This document shows, piece after piece, positions 40,069 through 53,934 of a stretch of DNA of 64,000 bases. The notes beneath the pieces are model-generated. The model searched no databases, was not told the origin of the DNA, and saw only the letters and a list, made by a program, of their open reading frames with translations. The stretch lies in assembly GCA_965153455.1 (NCBI GenBank), contig OZ234493.1, positions 372,001 through 436,000 on the forward strand, read 5' to 3'. The translations under genes were made by a program, and so were the position numbers. Each line of letters opens with the position of its first letter. The first letter of the stretch is position 1. Source of the stretch: Sphagnum compactum. Taxonomy: Eukaryota.

Positions 40069-41379
40069 TATTAATGTTTATGTTCCTAATAGTTTGACAA
40101 ACATATTAAGTAATTTATGAAAGTTCATGAAGGAAAAGATTTCAAAAGAATATAGTAAGATACTTTGTGGTGACTAGAACATATGGTGGAAGCCAAACAA
40201 GACAAATGATCATTTTGTGAAAAATTCATTTCAAAGAAAGAAAGGTTGTCATGGAGGCACTTAAATTAACTTTAGAAGTGGAGGATTCTCCAAGGGCTAG
40301 ATACAATCGTAGATATTCATGGGATAATCAAAGAAGTGGGTAGGAAAGAATTATGGCTAGGCTTGATAGAGCTTAAGTTGGTAGCCTCATTGAGAAATAG
40401 GAAAGTAGGTTTTCATATTGTGTAGTGAAATGGATGGGGCGAGGTTTGACCACCACCCAATTTCATGTGTACTAGAGCTTGTGGATGAATTTCCAAGGTT
40501 TTCTTTTTGGAAACTGAATGTATGATACAAAATGAAGTAACAAATGCAATATATATGGAATGTGCAACCAAAAGACGTAGCTTTCTTGTTTAAAATGAGG
40601 AAGGTTGTCAAGTTCTATACTTAATTCTACAAGCATAAAATAATAGAATTTTGTAAGGAGGAAAAGGACTTGAGGTTCTAGTTTGAACTTGCACAAAATG
40701 ACCTTCAAAAGTTAATTCTAGATAAATATTTAGAATAGAAAGTTGGCTATCTAAAACACAAAGTCCAAAAAATAGAGGAGGTGAAGGTGATTAGGCAAGG
40801 AATTTGTGCCAAGATTTGTTGGAAAAACGAAAATAACTTTAACATTAAGGAGTTCTTTGTTTTGATGATAATGAAACCTTGCAAAATGTTGGTTTCTACT
40901 CTAAAAGATGAAGAAGGCACCACTAGAGCATTAGGCAATTAAAGAATAGTTAAAGAAAGTTTATTGTAACTTTTATAATAAACTATACAATGTTCAAGAG
41001 TACTTCCCTAAGCAATTAAAGTTGAGATCTTGGGTTCTCCAATTCAAGTCGAAAGAAATTTTTTTCAACCATGAATTATGAAATGATATAGTCAATTTCC
41101 ATGGAAGAACTATAAGCAATAACAAATTCCATGGCCAAAGGCAAAATCCCTTAGGCTAGATGGTGTGGTTTTAATATTTTATATCTTTTTCTACGACATA
41201 ATAGGTGAAGGTTTTTTCAAGATGAAAATAATAGTAGTCAAGGAAGGCCACCTTCCTAACAAGGTTAACAAAGGTTTGATTATGTTATTATTCATAATAA
41301 GTGAAAGAAAATGCTTTGGGAATTCAAGACTCATCACTTCTTATTGTTTCACACAAGATTTTTGTAAATGCATTGTAGT

Positions 41380-41986
41380 TAGGGGTGTAAACATAATAAA
41401 AGGAGCCATAGGGTGTGTGGACAATGCTTAAAATTATAATTAAAAAAAAAATCATAAGGGGAACATAATAAATTAGATTATATATATATAGGTTCCATTA
41501 CTTGCAAAAATTCATTCCAACTGATAATGTGTCAAGAGGCTTTTCCTATGTTCAAAATAATTATGAATATATATATTTTTCAAACATCTTTTTTTGTTAT
41601 CAAATGTGCACCATTCTTTTTCACAATTAGAGAGAATCTTAATATTGATAATTAGAAAAAAAGAACAGTTGAAATTGATGATATTCATTTAAAAACATAT
41701 TTGAACACATTTGTTTCAACATGCTTTTGACCTTGCACATTATGAATTTTGAAAATGTATTTTTAACAAAAGTTATTCATTTTTATGCTATTCAAAACAT
41801 GAATGCATAATATAAATAATATAGATCAAGATGTTATAAAAAATAATTATATTTAACACACAAACCTAAACTAGGTATGAAAAATGTAAAAATTAAGAAA
41901 AAATAAGAATCTCACATGTCAAATGCAATCTTTGGAAGAACTTTGACCTTGATGCCCTTGGTACCCTTTAGTGTGTTTGCACCTTG
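41380..41986. mobile_element. Old MITE (hAT-like termini) nested in the L1 RT region
   Basis: Left end GGGGTGTAAACATAATAAAAGG compared with right-end reverse complement AAGGTGCAAACACACTAAAGGG. It interrupts the L1 KIF..AL..(R/K)L.PI motif. No clear TSD. Confidence 0.6.
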
Positions 41987-44900
41987 AAGCTATAGCCAAT
42001 TTTCTTGGAAACAATATATACAAATCAAACAACTTTTCTATTAATTTGATACATACTTGATAATATTGCACTAGTGCAAGAGACCAAAGATTGGGCTAAG
42101 CATTACAATCAATTGTTGGTCTTCTTACAACTGGATTTTGCCAAAGCCTATGATAAGGTGAGTTGGGCATTTTTCTTCATAACTTTAAAGAAGATGGGCA
42201 TGGCCAAAGAGTTCATTGGGATGGTGGATTTGTTATTCAAGAATACAATTATAGCAATAATATACCTTAATGGTGGCATAGCTAAGACTTTGAGAATTGG
42301 AAGAAGGATAAGACCAGGATGCCCATTGACTCCCTATCTTTTCATTTTTGTGGGAGAAGTTCTCAATTTCATGGTTAAGGAAGTAGAAAGGTTAGGTGGC
42401 ATTAGAAGCATTTTTCTTTGAAGAGGAACAAAACATCAAGCTTCATCACAATAATATGCTGATGACACAACAATATCAGTCAAAGGGGATGAAAGAAACT
42501 TTCTGAATGTGGTCAATTTGCTAGATCTTTTTCTCTTGATCTTGAAATCAACTGGGAAAAGTTTGTGGCTTATTAGAGTTGCAAAGAGAGGAAGGAAAAA
42601 CCTAGCTGGATGAGAAACTTTAGGTGGAAATGGGCAAGGGAAGGAAACCTATCTAAGTTGCTAGGCATCATATTTAGCCTAAAGTTGGATGTCAAAGAAG
42701 TCAGTGAGTTTCTAGTTAAGAAAATTCAAAAGAAATTGAAATATTGGAGTTCACTACATTTGCATTTGGATAGAAGAGTACTGATTGTTAATGCAATATT
42801 GGTGCTACACTTTGGTTTTCTACTACTGTTTGGGGGGGTGGGGTGTGGGGCTTAAAAAAAGGCAGTTAAAAGGTCATGTCAATGTTTGCACAATTTCCAA
42901 TCGATTTGAGGCGAACACCATACTAGGGCAAGAATCAATTAACATGATTGTTGTGCTCAAAAAAGTATTAGAGGACTAGCTCTGATTGGCTTGAAGAGGC
43001 ATTCACAACCTTGCTTTGTAAATGGGTTTTAGTACCGTTGGAGCCAGGAGATCCAAACTTGAAAGCTTTACTAAGATTCAAGATCACCCATTGTATGCCA
43101 TCTGAACACAAATTATGTTGGCCTAACCTAAGTTGGGCCTTTATCATTTTAACACCAAGGTCCAAAGTCTGGGGACAAATAGTGAGAGCATTGAAATTTA
43201 TGGTGGATAAAATCCTGTTCCAACCCTCTCTTACAGTAGTTGAAATTTTGTGTCTTGTAACATTTCCATGAAGAAGATCAATGTTTGGTGGGGCTCCACT
43301 TTAGAGGTAGCAAGTTTGGACTCTCAATCTTGAGAGCTTCCACATTGCACTGGGAAGGACTATGCACAGATGGGGATCTGTGGACCCACAAGATCAGAGC
43401 TTCCAGGAGTCCGGAAAGGTCAGAGATAGGTTCAAGTTTCTTGAGAATGAGAAATGCATTTGGGAGTGGGTTATTGAAACTATTCCTAGTGTTTGGATGT
43501 AAGAGCTTATAGATCCTACCAAGGAGTTAAGGATTGGAGAATGGATCTGCATCTGTGAGAACCCGACTAAAGCCCCAACATGATATTTTGCACAACTAGT
43601 AGTTCTGCCAATGGTGGCTACAGCTCAACAGAGAACTGTGGTACTCCCCACTGAAATATAGGCATATGTGGTTGGTGCTCAATCACAACTTCTTCAACCC
43701 ATGAACAACTGCAAGGAGTTTTTAAGACCCTCAGGAGAGTAAGGTTATGTTCCAGATTAAGGTCAAGAGGCATGGAGTTCAGGTTGTTTTACGATGCACT
43801 AAAGGACTTGGATTTGCTTTGGAAGTGGAATGGAAGGGAAGAGTTAACAAGGGATGGTGTAAAAGATGGAAGGAAAATGTTGAAGCCAAGAAGGAGACTC
43901 ATGCACAATGTGCTTGAGATGTGGGCAAATGACATCCTATAATGATAGGATAGAAAGGTGCTTGAACAGGACCCGAAAATTGGTTATGAGGTTAAAGCCC
44001 ATGGGTGAGGGTGTGACCAGAATAAAGGGCCCGCATGAGCATGACCCAGTTCTAGAAATGCCCTCCCCAAGGGCATTTGCATGTATAAAGGTCGGCTGCA
44101 TTAATTGTTTTGGGCCTGTAAGATGTTTAGGGGTTAATGCTGTCTGGATCAGGACTTTCCACTATGTAAAGCACAAAGTAGAATATGGAGGTGCCTTAGT
44201 TTGCCTTATGTAAATTGGTGCCTTTGTAGGTGTGAGGCACCTTCGAAATGTGTAAGGTACCTTATTACACATAGTAGCCACCCCCATCTGGGCCTCACCT
44301 TGCACATGGTAGGTTATGCCATTTGGGATGCCTGCTTGTGCATTACCAAAATAATGAAGAGTGCCTTATGGTTTCTTATAAGCTTAAGGTGCAATGAGGA
44401 TGGTTATCTTTCAACTAATTATGGATTTGAATAAGAAAAATTTAAATGCAGGGTGGAAGGAGTTAAAAAATTTGGACTAGACATGAAGGCTTTGAATGCA
44501 AAGCAAACCAGGTTTGCCCAGGGATGGTTCAATGAAAGAGGTGTTAAAAGCTCTTTGGGAATTGTTCATTTAGATTTGAGACTTCTAACTAAGTACTAAG
44601 GACAATCCATCAAAACCATTTATTTTAGCTCCAAGGATTGAAACCTTAGTTAGATCCAATGAAGGGCATCATTTGTTGGTTGAGTGAAAAGGAAATAAAC
44701 TAGGCAACAAAGCAACACCAACATGGATGGAAGGCAAAAAGGTTTTGCAGGTTTAGCAATAATTTATGGACAACACAATGATGAAGATTCAGAAAGTTCG
44801 GCAAAGACAAACAATTTGAGCTTATGAATGGTTGTTAATTTGATAGGAGCATTGTTCTTCTGTCCAATGATGACTTATGGTTGTGAAGAAGCCTTGAATT

Positions 44901-46165
44901 CAAAGGAAAGGAATAGAAGGTACGGTGTTGATAGATTTGTGTGCCTATACGAAAATGGAAAGCAGCAACTATCATGAAGAAGGTTCAAGCCCACAATAGC
45001 ATTCTTAAAGCTATCTTGATATGTTAATTGACTCTAATTATGCAACTTAATATGTTGTAACAGAATCTTTGGGAAAGGACTTGGTAAACTGTGAGAGCAT
45101 GCATAACCAATTGCACGGGAGCACCAAACTTACAGGTTATGCGACATGAAAGAGGGTGAGTAATGAGCTTCAGCCAACCAGTAACCAAGAACATGCAAAA
45201 AGGTATTAAGGAGATGAAAATGTCAGAATGTAGCTTATACAAATGAGGAACTCTTGTTCAATGGCGTGCTACCATGTTAGCTAGAGACTCCTTACAATCC
45301 CTTAGGAACAAAAAGCAAATTAAGGGTCCATTATAATCTAAACATGCCTACTAATTATATTTTTGTCATTTCAATCAGTTATTTGTACAGATATAAATCA
45401 AATTAAGAACATGGGGATAACATCTTTAGCCAAAAAAGATCCTCAGAAGAAATAGTTCTCAGATTTGCAGCAAAAGCCATTTGACCAGCAAAATGCTATT
45501 TCGTCATGTAAGCAATGTCAGAGAACAGGATTTCAAAACAAGTGATGGAAATTGAGAAAATGGGACCCATATACTCTAAACCCTTGAGTTTGAACAGAAA
45601 TTTAGAATTGTTTGACAAACAGCTCAGAGTATTGTAAATCAGGAGTCTGAAAGATTCTTACAAAATGCCTCCTGATAACAAAGTTTTCCTAGCTTGGCAA
45701 AAAAATGAGAAGATGCTACATCACTCTGAAATTCACCCACAATGATGTGATAACTTTGCCAATTAATGAAAAATCCTCATACCTCATCCCAAAGGAATTT
45801 TATCCTGTGAAAGTGCAAAATTTGAAGGGAGATCAAGCAGAGCACATGGTGACTTTATAAAAGATTGGGGGCATTGTAAATACTACACAGTGAAATCCTC
45901 ACTGATGAAATCTCAAGCCTATTCTAAGACTTCAAAATTTGCTTAAACTTTGTCTAGTAGGAGGAGATCTCCAGCATCCATCATTGAATCTGATATCTGT
46001 GACCTCTGTTGCATTTCTGTAATTTCTTTCTTTGTTTCACAACATTGTTTTCACTCTATGGAATGCCATCTTATGGATCTCCAAAATGGGCTAATTTGTT
46101 GGTTGCTGCTACAAAACTGGTGTCCGATTATGGACAAATTTTCTTCACATAAAATATGGTCCATT

Positions 46166-47530
46166 TCAGAAAAGTTTGCCAGCAGTCTTTTCCTCCGATG
46201 AAAACAATGGCGTTTGGTCACGCCGACCCAATTGGAGTGCAATCTTTTGGTGGTATAACTCTCCGTCCTCTCTCTGGCAAACCGGTATCCTCATCGTGCT
46301 TTGGATATCTTGCTCCATCTCTGCATAGTAACCTGCACAGTTCCTGTACAGCTCAAATATCATTCCAATTTGCCCACCGTTGGAAAAGCTACTCACCAAC
46401 ACCGCTACTATACTGCAGGCTGCCGCCACTCCTGCCAAGTGAATCCCTGGCCAGCATCCCAGCAAGCTCAACACAGCCGCAACCACTGCAAATACTGGAG
46501 CCGATATTGCTAGCCTTTTGTTAGGAGTCTCCTTGTTTCTGGCCGCCCGCACGTATTTGGCGATGTCCGATGTGTGGAGCTTATCTGCTGTTCGCTGGAG
46601 GTCCCTCGTGATGGCATCGGTCCAGCCATTCGTGTTGTTGGCTGGGATTTCCGTCTCGGTGAGGTCAGCAACAGGGCCAAGTACCGAGGGTGCCACAACT
46701 TTGGGAAACTTCTCGAGGCCGTTGGGCTTCAAGGGGAGAGGAAACCCGACGTCAAGGGCCTGGAGTCTGCCCATCACCTCTTCCATGTACAGGTGCGCAT
46801 CCTTGCGTAGGCGTGGATCCATCAACAAAGTGGTGTCGATGTCCCTAGCCAGCAGCTTGTGGAAGCGAGACGCCGTGCGTTGCTCTTCAGCTAGCTGCGA
46901 CGGCTGATACTTGCTGGCCAAGAACATAAATCCGGCGGCACCGCCGTTGAGAAGGAAGGCTGCCACGGACATGCTGAAGGAGGTAGTTCCGACCCCGGTG
47001 TTCATGGCGGCCAGCATGGCCGCTGCGATGGTGGTGATGTTGACAGTCATGTGGCAGAGCTTGTTCCAGTTATCTCGTTGGACACCGATGATGGCATGCA
47101 TCTCGCTACGATCTTCGGCCGCTAAGGCGATGTTGCGCAACTGAGCCACCAGCATAAAGTCCTCGACTCCATTTCTATCAGTCCAGCCTTTGGTATTGCG
47201 CTGCGATGGAGATGTGGGGGAGCCGGGGCCTGCTGGATTGAATGAAGTCCAGTCTCGGTCAACGGAGTCAAAGGTAGTGTGTCTGGGTGTTGCGAGTGCA
47301 CAAGAAGGCCTTAGCGACCTGTAATTACACCTGCTACGCTTTGATCCATGTCCAGACTTCCGAGAGATCCGAATTGGCACTTGTATGAAACCCTGGGAAC
47401 TAGTGTTATGGGTAGAAGTAGGAGTAACAGAATGGCTAGAGCTGTAAGCATCACCGACTGCAAATTGGTTTCCAGAAATGAATTGAGAGCCTAAATTAGT
47501 GGCAGTAGAGAGGGCATTGCAGGCAGCCAT
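46166..47530 (-). CDS. At4g22030-like / petal-formation-expressed (Chloroplast_duf) family protein, copy 1, 454 aa
   Basis: Intronless ORF, first ATG 47530. Family motifs AEDRSEMHAIIGVQRDNWN, QPSQLAEEQR, FPLPL..LEKFP, NGW and GGQIGMIFELYRNCAG. Ser/Arg-rich transit-peptide-like N-terminus. No F-box motif seen. Confidence 0.9.
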   Translation of the reverse strand: MAACNALSTATNLGSQFISGNQFAVGDAYSSSHSVTPTSTHNTSSQGFIQVPIRISRKSGHGSKRSRCNYRSLRPSCALATPRHTTFDSVDRDWTSFNPAGPGSPTSPSQRNTKGWTDRNGVEDFMLVAQLRNIALAAEDRSEMHAIIGVQRDNWNKLCHMTVNITTIAAAMLAAMNTGVGTTSFSMSVAAFLLNGGAAGFMFLASKYQPSQLAEEQRTASRFHKLLARDIDTTLLMDPRLRKDAHLYMEEVMGRLQALDVGFPLPLKPNGLEKFPKVVAPSVLGPVADLTETEIPANNTNGWTDAITRDLQRTADKLHTSDIAKYVRAARNKETPNKRLAISAPVFAVVAAVLSLLGCWPGIHLAGVAAACSIVAVLVSSFSNGGQIGMIFELYRNCAGYYAEMEQDIQSTMRIPVCQREDGELYHQKIALQLGRRDQTPLFSSEEKTAGKLF

Positions 47531-49639
47531 AATGTTTGTTATGGAAGAATCTAAGCCTCTCAACCAGAGAGCAGCAAGTGAGGTAAAATTCGAAAGAAAG
47601 GTTAGAAAATGATCTAAATTGCTGTGGATGAGGAACTAATTTGTTGCTGGAGAAGTGTTAGGATTGTAGCCTGCTGCAAGTGGTGGTGTTGAGGTAGAGT
47701 AAGCAAAGAGAGCAGTGAGAGAGGAAGTATGGACTTTGGAGAGATTAGAGTTTGAGAATGAGGAATGAAATGGAGGGGGGAAGGAGAGCTTTTTGTAAAC
47801 AGCAAGAGCTGGAAATAGTCAAATGGGAAAACAAATATTCCCTGAAAACAAGGGTTAACGTGGATGGAGGAGAGTCAAAAGCGAGTATGGAATACAGGGG
47901 TGGCCCATTGGCCATTGTTTGACTTGTAATCTCATGTGCAATGCCTACAGTATCAGTCCCTAGTCTTCCAGAGCTGACTTTGAGCAATTCAACTGGGACA
48001 TAGATGCTTTCGTTTTGTACTTCCACTTCCTCTCTCTCCCTATTGGTGCTTTCAATCATAAAGTTTTGCAGGTCTTCATCATTTAATGGAACATTTTCCA
48101 AATTCACAACAACTGTTGTTTTCTTTTCAATTTTTTGATGTTGTCACATTGTGGATCATCCCCAGGTGGAATAAGCCAAATTTAGCCACATGGCAGAGAG
48201 GAAACTCAATTTTTCTAAGAATCCTGCTACATTGCTGAAACTTATTGTCTAAATATGGCGATTTCAGAAAATTTATTCCTGAAAAAATCTGACGGCTTTG
48301 GTGCATTCTTTTCAATAAATGTCCTTTGTATTTGTCACACTGGACTTTTCTCTTGTTTAAAAAAATAAGAATGTTCACGACTTGCTAGATTTATTTGATT
48401 GAACTTTGATTCTTCCTTTGATCAAAATTTGCAGGTTTATATAAGTTATTGGAAGATTTTGCAAATTGATTACTTTTTCTTTTTTTGGTCAGTGAAAAGT
48501 TTTAAATCATCAGACTTAGTTTGTGTTTTGGGAAGGGTAGAACTTCACCTTGGTCCCTTGTTTTCGGAATCCCCCAAGCCTAAAGACCTAAAGTAAACTG
48601 TGATTGAGGCTCTTCAGGGCCCTCAAAATATCAAGAAAACGGTACCCTTTGAGGCTTTGTTAATTATATTCCTCTGCTTGCCATTAACTATTGCCATTAA
48701 CCATGAATTATGACTATAGTTGTCAAAATGACTACGACTTAAGTTCACTTATAACTACATGATTATTTTGGGCAATAGTTACAACATGTCTTAGTCATAG
48801 AAACCACATTTTGGCATAGTGACAAATAATGTAAAAATAAATTATATCATAACACTGTGAGACCTTCATTGTACATACAATCAATCAACATACCTCAATA
48901 TTGGGCACAATCAACATGGTTAAACTTGGTCAACATACTAAGATTAAATTTTGATCCTTGGACCAATTCAAAATGGTGCAAAGTCTTTGCCATCCACCTT
49001 TCACATTAGAAAAACAATGTACTCACATATATGATTTATCATCTTTCAATGTTTGAATGTAAAAACCACAAAGTTTAAAATATAATTTTTTTTCAATACT
49101 TATTCAAATAAAAATTTGAATATGGATTATTAAACTTTGAAGCATAATCTACATATGTGCACCAACTAAAAAATTCAAACAACAAATTTTGAATGTAGAA
49201 AATCACTTTTAAATTTCAACATATCCATTATGTTTCAACATATGATAAACTTTAATAAATATATGCATAATTTAAATATAAAACCTATAATTATTTTATT
49301 TTATTTTTTATTCTGAAATATGAATATAATATACTATTATTAATATAAATATATTTATATATATTATTTACCATACTATATACACATAACATAATTTTAC
49401 ACGTAATTTATTAATCTACACATACATGTATGTATATATATATTTAAAATAATTGCAAATTAAGGATATCATATTCATACATTATCATTTTTTAAAAGAC
49501 CTGGTTCTGTTCTTGCAATTCTCCGAAGAGTAAAGTGTAATGGAAGGTGCCAAGGTGGGGGAAATCCCAAAATAAGGGCCCTTAGGGTAAGAAGGCTCAT
49601 TACCAAACACAAGCCTACCACTGAACAGTTGTGTGATGA

Positions 49640-51020
49640 AATTATCAGTGTATTTCAGGAATGTTCTCACCCCTGAGCCTTACACATCGTAATGTCGCAC
49701 AAGGCAAATGTTTTGATGAGATTACATGCATGCAAATCAAACCTTACAAGGTAATAGGAGTTACTAGGTGTAAGCATACATAATGCAATTACAATGAAAC
49801 AAATTTGGTAAAGCTTTTTTGGTCCACATGTATGAGGCCACAAGTGGTATCTGTGTGGATATTGAGAATGGCCCAATGAAATTGCTTTTTGGTCACCAAA
49901 TTGTGTTTATCCTTTTTGCTTCCCTGAAATTTGTGCAAGTAGAAGCACAAAATTCTTTGGTGTGCAAGGGACTCTTAACAAGGGGGATGAATCACATCAA
50001 ATTACCACATGGTTGACAAGTGTATATGTGAGGCCTGGTTTGGAGTCTCAAAAGGAATGAGATATTTCACAAATACTAGGAACAATAAGTGAAAACATGC
50101 ATCCCTATACTAAATGCAAAGAGATGAGTAATGAAGCTTTAGATATTGGAAGGTGATAGGGCTAGAGATAAGCTGAAATATGGAGTACGAGATGGGACAA
50201 AAGAGCTCATTAGGTACTTATGCCATCATTCTCATTTTGTGAGGTTTGCATGGGCCACCTCTATTAGCTTATCATAAAACATGGGCAGAGGACTTTTAGT
50301 GCATTTGGAGAGACATGGGAATCTTTCCTTGGCAAAGTGCAAGGTGTTTGAAAAGCAAAATGCAGGGTCCATTGTATTTTCCAGGTATCACGGGGAAAAC
50401 AATTTTAGAAATTTTGCGACCCGTGCTTTAGGTCAAGTAATGCTCAAGATTGAAGCATTCCAAAATACTCATATTTTATAAGGGGATATTTGCAAAATAT
50501 GCACCCCTCCATTGTCCACTGAGGGGTAGCTCATTTTGGGAATGCCCCCTTCCTTGGGTGTTACATTACACATAATGTGCTACAAACTACATTTTCAGTA
50601 CAAATGACAACACTTCATATGTTAGTCATCCAGGTTTTACATGAAGACTACATTGTTCCAACTAAGTGGATCCTCCTTATAATTTGGTTTCATTCTTGGG
50701 AAACATCTTTACAAATGAAACACCTTGCACATTGATGATGTTTTCAACTAACCATTACTTCACCCATTTCATGAATTGAGATCTTGAGCAACCATAGTCA
50801 ATTTTGAAAAGCGTAGGAGACTCTCATTCGTGTACATTTATTTACACACGTAATCATTTGTTTTGGACCCCATGTTTGTTACCGTATATATCTTGTTTAT
50901 ATTCTTGAATCTTAGAATTGAACCATTTACAACACCGCAGTTGAATATTTGAAAAGATTCACAAAATGTTTAATTTTTGAGAAAAATATTTTCTGAAAAT
51001 CTCAGCATGTCTAAAATATT
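49640..51020. repeat. Intergenic segment duplicated at ~57690-59140 (part of the tandem gene duplication unit)
   Basis: Long collinear matches such as GGGGATGAATCACATCAAATTACCACATGGTTGA and CATTCTTGGGAAACATCTTTACAAATGAA. Confidence 0.9.
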
Positions 51021-52569
51021 ATGTTTTTTGTCAAGCCTATGCAACTATGTTATGTAGCACACTATGACACAAAAGTAGAAAGCAGCCCGTCTTTGAGTTT
51101 TGGCAACCTTGATCAAGGTTGTCGGATCACTGTAATTTGGTGGAGTAATCATCATTTGTTCAATTGATTCCAAGTGATGCTTTTTGGGAATGCTTTTTAA
51201 AAAGGAAAATTGGTCAGAACATCTTGGTATGGCTTGATATTGATTTCATTAATTGAATGTTAACCCAACATAAAATCAGAACATTGTTCTTGCAAAACAA
51301 GAACTTGGATGTTAAATCAACTTGTGGTGGACCTTAAAGTGTGTTGAGGTATCACTGTGCTAGGAATGTGATGCCTGTGTTAATTTATATGTTCTAAAGT
51401 ACTTTAGAAAACATAAATAGTACCATATACCTCCGGAAGAAAAAGGATGTATTTCATCATCCATATTATGGTTTCCCATCAATGTATAATCAAACCTTCT
51501 TGTTCAAACTTTTCAGCAAATCGCCTTAAGCTCTTCAAATAACATCCATTTTATTTGATATGCGCATGCTGTAGATGGGCAGTTTTCCTAGGTTTGGATC
51601 AATCTGTTGTTCAAGAACCTTTTGCCCAGACATGCTTCTACTATAAAATGTTTATTTGTTAATGCTCATCTCTTTGCATTAAAGCTACTTTTATGTCAAA
51701 TGGGTTTTCAAAATGGGCGTCTATTTCAGGTATTAAAGGCTGGCAATCATGTTTATTCAGTAGTGATCAAGCAAATCTTTTTTGTGTGCAATTTTGCAAA
51801 ATTAGCACGTCATAAAATAGACACGAATATTCTGTCCCTATATACAACTTGAAACTTCCACAACTTCTCGAAATTAAAACCTGGGTTCACATTCCCCCTG
51901 CCTTGATGTGTTTTGGTTTCCTTCTTTGCAATGGATTTGTCCATTTGTGTCAAAAAATAAAAACCAAAAAACCTGAGTTCACAACAGGGATGTCCAATCA
52001 GCGAAGATGGAAGAATTTTGAAACCAGAAGTGTACTGACTATTCCGCCTCCTGTAATTTTGCTTCCTTTGGTCACATGGGTCATAAGCATTTTATGTTAC
52101 ACTCTTTGGTCCCAAGTACTGTGTTTTCTTTCCAAACATCAGATGCGACATTCAAGGGGGAAATGGACATATTCTTCTGTAAGACTTCGGTGTTGGCAAA
52201 AGCCAAACATACCAACCCCAAATTCAGATTCTCTCGTTTACACGGCCACACTGTAAAATTTGAAAGGAGTTGGAATTTAGAGCCTGATGGTTACTTCATA
52301 AAAAATGGGGTGCAATGTACATTGGTGAAAATCATCAACCCAGTACCTAGATATTGGAATGGGAGGACTTCACAGGCATGAATCACTTAGTCTAATGACT
52401 CTAACCTCTCTCTTTAATTTCTGTAAATTCTTTCTTGATTTCACAACATTGTTTCCCCTACTCTATGGAAAGTCCTCTACTAGCTCTCCAAAATGAGCTC
52501 GTTTGTTGGTCACTGCTGCAAAATTGGTGGCCCAATAAGGACAATTCTTCTTCACAAAAGCTGAGCTCT

Positions 52570-53934
52570 TCAGAAGAGTTTGCCAGCAGTCTTTTCCTCT
52601 GATGAAAACATTGGCATTTGGTCACATCGACCCAGTTGCAGTGCAATCTTTTGGTGGTACAACTCTCCGTTCTCTCTCTGGCAAACGGGTACCCTCATCG
52701 TGCTTTGAATATCTTGCTCCATCTCTGCATAGTAACCTGCGCAGTTTCTGTACAGCTCGAATATCATTCCAATTTGTCCACCATTGGAGAAGCTACTCAC
52801 CAATACCGCTACTATACTGCAGGCTGCAGCCATTCCTGCCAAGTGAATCCCCGGCCAGCAACTCACCAAGCTCAACAGAGCCGCAACCACTGCAAACACT
52901 GGAGCCGATATTGCTAGCCTTTTGTTGGGAATCTCCTTGTTTCTGGCCGCCCGCACGTATTTGGCGATGTCCGATGTCTGGAGCTTATCTGCTGTGCGCT
53001 GGAGATCCTTCGTGATGGCATCGGTCCAGCCATTCGTGTTGTTGGCTGGGATTTCCGTTTCGGTGAGGTCAGCAACAGGGCCAAGTACCGAGGGTGCCAC
53101 AACCTTGGGGAACTTCTCGAGGCCGTTGGGCTTCAAGGGGAGAGGAAACCCGACGTCAAGGGCCTGGAGTCTGCCCATCACCTCTTCCATGTACAGGTGC
53201 GCATCCTTGCGTAGGCGTGGATCGATCAACAAAGTGGTTTGGATGTCTCTTGCCAGCAGCTTATGGAAGCGAGACGCAGTGCGTTGCTCTTCAGCCATCT
53301 GTGAGGGCTGATACTTGCTGGCCAAGTACATAAATCCAGCGGCACCGCCGTTGAGAAGGAAGGCGGCCACGGACATGCTCAAAGAGGTACTCCCGACGCC
53401 GCTGTTCATGGCGGCCAGCATGGCCGCTGCGATGGTGGTGATGTTGACAGTCATATGGCAGAGGTTGTTCCAGTTATCTCGTTGGACACCGATGATGGCA
53501 TGCATCTCGCTACGATCTTCGGCGGCTAAGGCGATGTTGCGTAACTGAGCCAGTAGCCTAGAGTCCTCCGCCCCATTTCTATCGGTCCAGCCTTTGGTAT
53601 TGCACTGGGATGGAGATGTGGGGGAGGCGGGGCCTGCTGGATTGAATGAGATCCAGTCTTGGTCGACGGAGTTGAACATGGTGTGTCTGGGTGTTGCGAG
53701 TGCACAAGAAGGCCTTAGCGACCTGTAATTACACCTGCTACGCTTTGATCCATGTCCAGACTTCCGAGAGATCCGAATTGGCACTTGTATGAAACCCTGG
53801 GAACTAGCGTTTTGGGTAGTAGTAGGAGTAACACAATGGCTAGAGCTGTAAGCATCACCGACCGCAAATTGGTTTCCAGAAATGAATTGAGAGCCTAAAT
53901 TACTGGCAGTAGGGAGGGCATTGCAGGCAGCCAT
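52570..53934 (-). CDS. At4g22030-like family protein, copy 2, 454 aa
   Basis: Same length and motifs as copy 1; first ATG 53934. Confidence 0.9.
   Translation of the reverse strand: MAACNALPTASNLGSQFISGNQFAVGDAYSSSHCVTPTTTQNASSQGFIQVPIRISRKSGHGSKRSRCNYRSLRPSCALATPRHTMFNSVDQDWISFNPAGPASPTSPSQCNTKGWTDRNGAEDSRLLAQLRNIALAAEDRSEMHAIIGVQRDNWNNLCHMTVNITTIAAAMLAAMNSGVGSTSLSMSVAAFLLNGGAAGFMYLASKYQPSQMAEEQRTASRFHKLLARDIQTTLLIDPRLRKDAHLYMEEVMGRLQALDVGFPLPLKPNGLEKFPKVVAPSVLGPVADLTETEIPANNTNGWTDAITKDLQRTADKLQTSDIAKYVRAARNKEIPNKRLAISAPVFAVVAALLSLVSCWPGIHLAGMAAACSIVAVLVSSFSNGGQIGMIFELYRNCAGYYAEMEQDIQSTMRVPVCQRENGELYHQKIALQLGRCDQMPMFSSEEKTAGKLF

Larger units (their letters stand above)
39050..43900 (+). mobile_element. 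Highly decayed L1-clade LINE ORF2 (APE + RT) with two nested MITEs
   Basis: Fragments INVYVPN (APE), LQLDFAKAYDKVSWAF, IRPGCPLTPYLF, YADDTT, INWEK and KIQKKLKYWS. Many stops and frameshifts. Ends approximate. Confidence 0.85.

Noticed and set aside
44450-45330. Coding-like stretch, possibly a pseudogene
   Set aside because: No recognisable motif or sustained frame; it would need BLASTX.
47531-47563. 11-aa N-terminal extension (MRGLDSS...) on the three paralogs
   Set aside because: It begins at TTG; the first ATG gives MAACNAL in all three copies.
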